DNA from: an uncultured Clostridia bacterium
GTDB taxonomy: Bacteria; Bacillota; Clostridia; Christensenellales; CAG-138
Direction: 5' to 3'
Length of the DNA: 64,000 nt
NCBI GenBank assembly: GCA_947168565.1
Contig: CAMVMM010000004.1
Coordinates: forward strand, 5,867 to 69,866
This document shows positions 63,100 to 64,000 of this stretch, piece by piece; the first letter of the stretch is position 1; every line of letters starts with the position of its first letter. Made by a program: the position numbers and the translations under genes. The notes beneath the pieces were generated by a model. The model was not told the DNA's origin, made no database searches, and was given only the letters and a program-made list of their open reading frames with translations.

Positions 63100-63333
63100 A
63101 TGGATATGAGAGCGCTTTATTATATCTATCTGCCTTCGGAGCGCGGCAGGAATGAGGACGCTCAGAAGCATGATGAGGACGTGAAGGCGAATGAAAACTG
63201 CCTCAATCAGAATTTTTCGCTGCTTGCGGGCAAGATCTATGAGTATGAAGCCCGCCTCGCCCTGCTTGAGCAGGCGCTTGAAAGGGTGGATTCGGCGCTG
63301 AACGCCGGCGATCGGGCGGGGGAGGGCAGATAA
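63100..63333 (+). CDS. Short coiled-coil protein (needle/plug-like candidate)
   Basis: AAAGGAGAG RBS. Heptad-like FSLLAGKIYEYEARLALLEQALERV. Confidence 0.35.
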   Translation: MDMRALYYIYLPSERGRNEDAQKHDEDVKANENCLNQNFSLLAGKIYEYEARLALLEQALERVDSALNAGDRAGEGR

Positions 63334-63432
63334 CAGCCTTATTGTAACACTCACGCGCCGTCAGGCATAGAATGGATCAATGGAACGGTTGGTATAAGTA
63401 AACAAACAATGTGTTTTTCCTCCTGAATGAAA

Positions 63433-63460
63433 GGGGCGCGGGGTATTCTCCGCGCTCCTT
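63433..63460. terminator. Hairpin between convergent genes
   Basis: AGGGGCGCGG-GGTATTCT-CCGCGCTCCT 10-bp stem, T-rich on both sides. Confidence 0.45.
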
Positions 63461-63562
63461 TCGCATATAGGCTTGTGTTTGCGGCCGTGATAATTGCAGG
63501 CGCAGATGCAAATATAATCAAAAAACGATCGGTATTGAAAACGATTATTGGAAAACCGGGCC

Positions 63563-64000
63563 TTATACGGAAAACCGCAGGTTTTCGGTCAGCACCGCCT
63601 GAAGCTTCACCGTTCGCGGCGCCATCAGCCTTGAGGAAAGGCGCTCGCCGTAGATATCCTGAACGGTCTGCTCGCGCGGGTCGTTTGAGCTGAGCGAAAG
63701 ATTGGTGGCAAAAAGCGTTGCCTTGCCGCCCTCCTGCCGCGTGCATATTATGGAGAGCAGCGTTTCTATAGTGATATTCGGTATCATGGGTTCGGTGCCA
63801 AGATCGTCTATAATAAGCAGATCGGGCAGCGTAAAATCGGGGCGATCCTCCGGTGAGGCGCGCAGGCTGTCCAGCGTGAGCCGTATAAGCTCGTATGAAT
63901 TGAGCTTCAGCACCGAATAGCCGCGCTCAAGCACCCTTGCGCCGATGCAGTTTAAAAGATAGGATTTGCCAACGCCGGGCATTCCGAAATAGAGTATGTC
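63563..64000 (-). CDS. DnaC/IstB-like AAA+ ATP-binding protein, N-terminus beyond the window
   Basis: Walker A GMPGVGKS at the window edge and Walker B LLIIDDLGTE. The frame is open to position 64000. Confidence 0.75.
   Translation of the reverse strand, partial: DILYFGMPGVGKSYLLNCIGARVLERGYSVLKLNSYELIRLTLDSLRASPEDRPDFTLPDLLIIDDLGTEPMIPNITIETLLSIICTRQEGGKATLFATNLSLSSNDPREQTVQDIYGERLSSRLMAPRTVKLQAVLTENLRFSV

Larger units (their letters stand above)
55179..63333 (+). mobile_element. Phage-derived head/neck structural block (interrupted by an antisense EamA gene)
   Basis: Scaffold-like, major capsid, lysin, adaptor-like, hub-like and coiled-coil genes in phage-like order. Confidence 0.55.

Noticed and set aside
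63563-64000. IstB helper of an IS21-family insertion sequence.
   Set aside because: The Walker motifs fit both IstB and DnaC/DnaI-type loaders. No IstA transposase or terminal inverted repeats are visible in the window, and the neighbourhood is phage-like, so it is called generically.

Overview
High-GC, Clostridia-like chromosomal segment; the taxon is inferred from sortase pili, DUF1292, Rrf2-nifS-nifU and a clostripain-like peptidase. Most long ORFs antisense to the calls below are GC-driven shadow ORFs. Coordinates 1-13.8 kb hold housekeeping genes (partial nadE, dnaX, hisS, an RseC-like gene), a trio of lipoproteins, a membrane-anchored clostripain-like C11 peptidase, an M20 peptidase and a flavodoxin. 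Coordinates 13.9-25.8 kb hold a minus-strand sortase-dependent pilus operon: a giant 2777-aa LPETG tip protein, an LPSTG backbone pilin, a class C sortase and a small pilin with an SPPTG signal. Coordinates 26.1-34.0 kb hold a visibly more AT-rich glycan locus next to tRNA-Arg(CCT). It encodes a DegT aminotransferase, a PglC-like phosphoglycosyl transferase, an AspC-like aminotransferase, a 2-hydroxyacid dehydrogenase, a GNAT, GT4 and two ATP-grasp ligases. Coordinates 34.6-40.8 kb hold a Cys-rich DUF1292 protein, a family-5 SBP, an SLT, coaE and polA. The most unusual content is a podovirus-style virion gene set split into separate blocks. TerL and portal lie on the minus strand at 42.9-46.0 kb. 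A scaffold-like gene, an N4-gp56-type capsid, a Gly-rich protein, a lysin, and adaptor-like, hub-like and needle-like genes lie on the plus strand at 55.2-63.3 kb. These blocks are separated by host-type operons (MoxR-DUF58-transglutaminase, a BNR lipoprotein, Rrf2-nifS-nifU) and interrupted by an antisense EamA transporter. No integrase, repressor, holin, tail fibre or att site is visible in the window. The capsid block is preceded by a consensus sigma-A promoter, a roughly 130-nt leader and a strong terminator with an alternative pairing. TerL is flanked by two unusual TTGCT-core tandem repeat arrays. I propose this as a candidate domesticated phage or GTA-like particle locus. This is a hypothesis and cannot be verified here.
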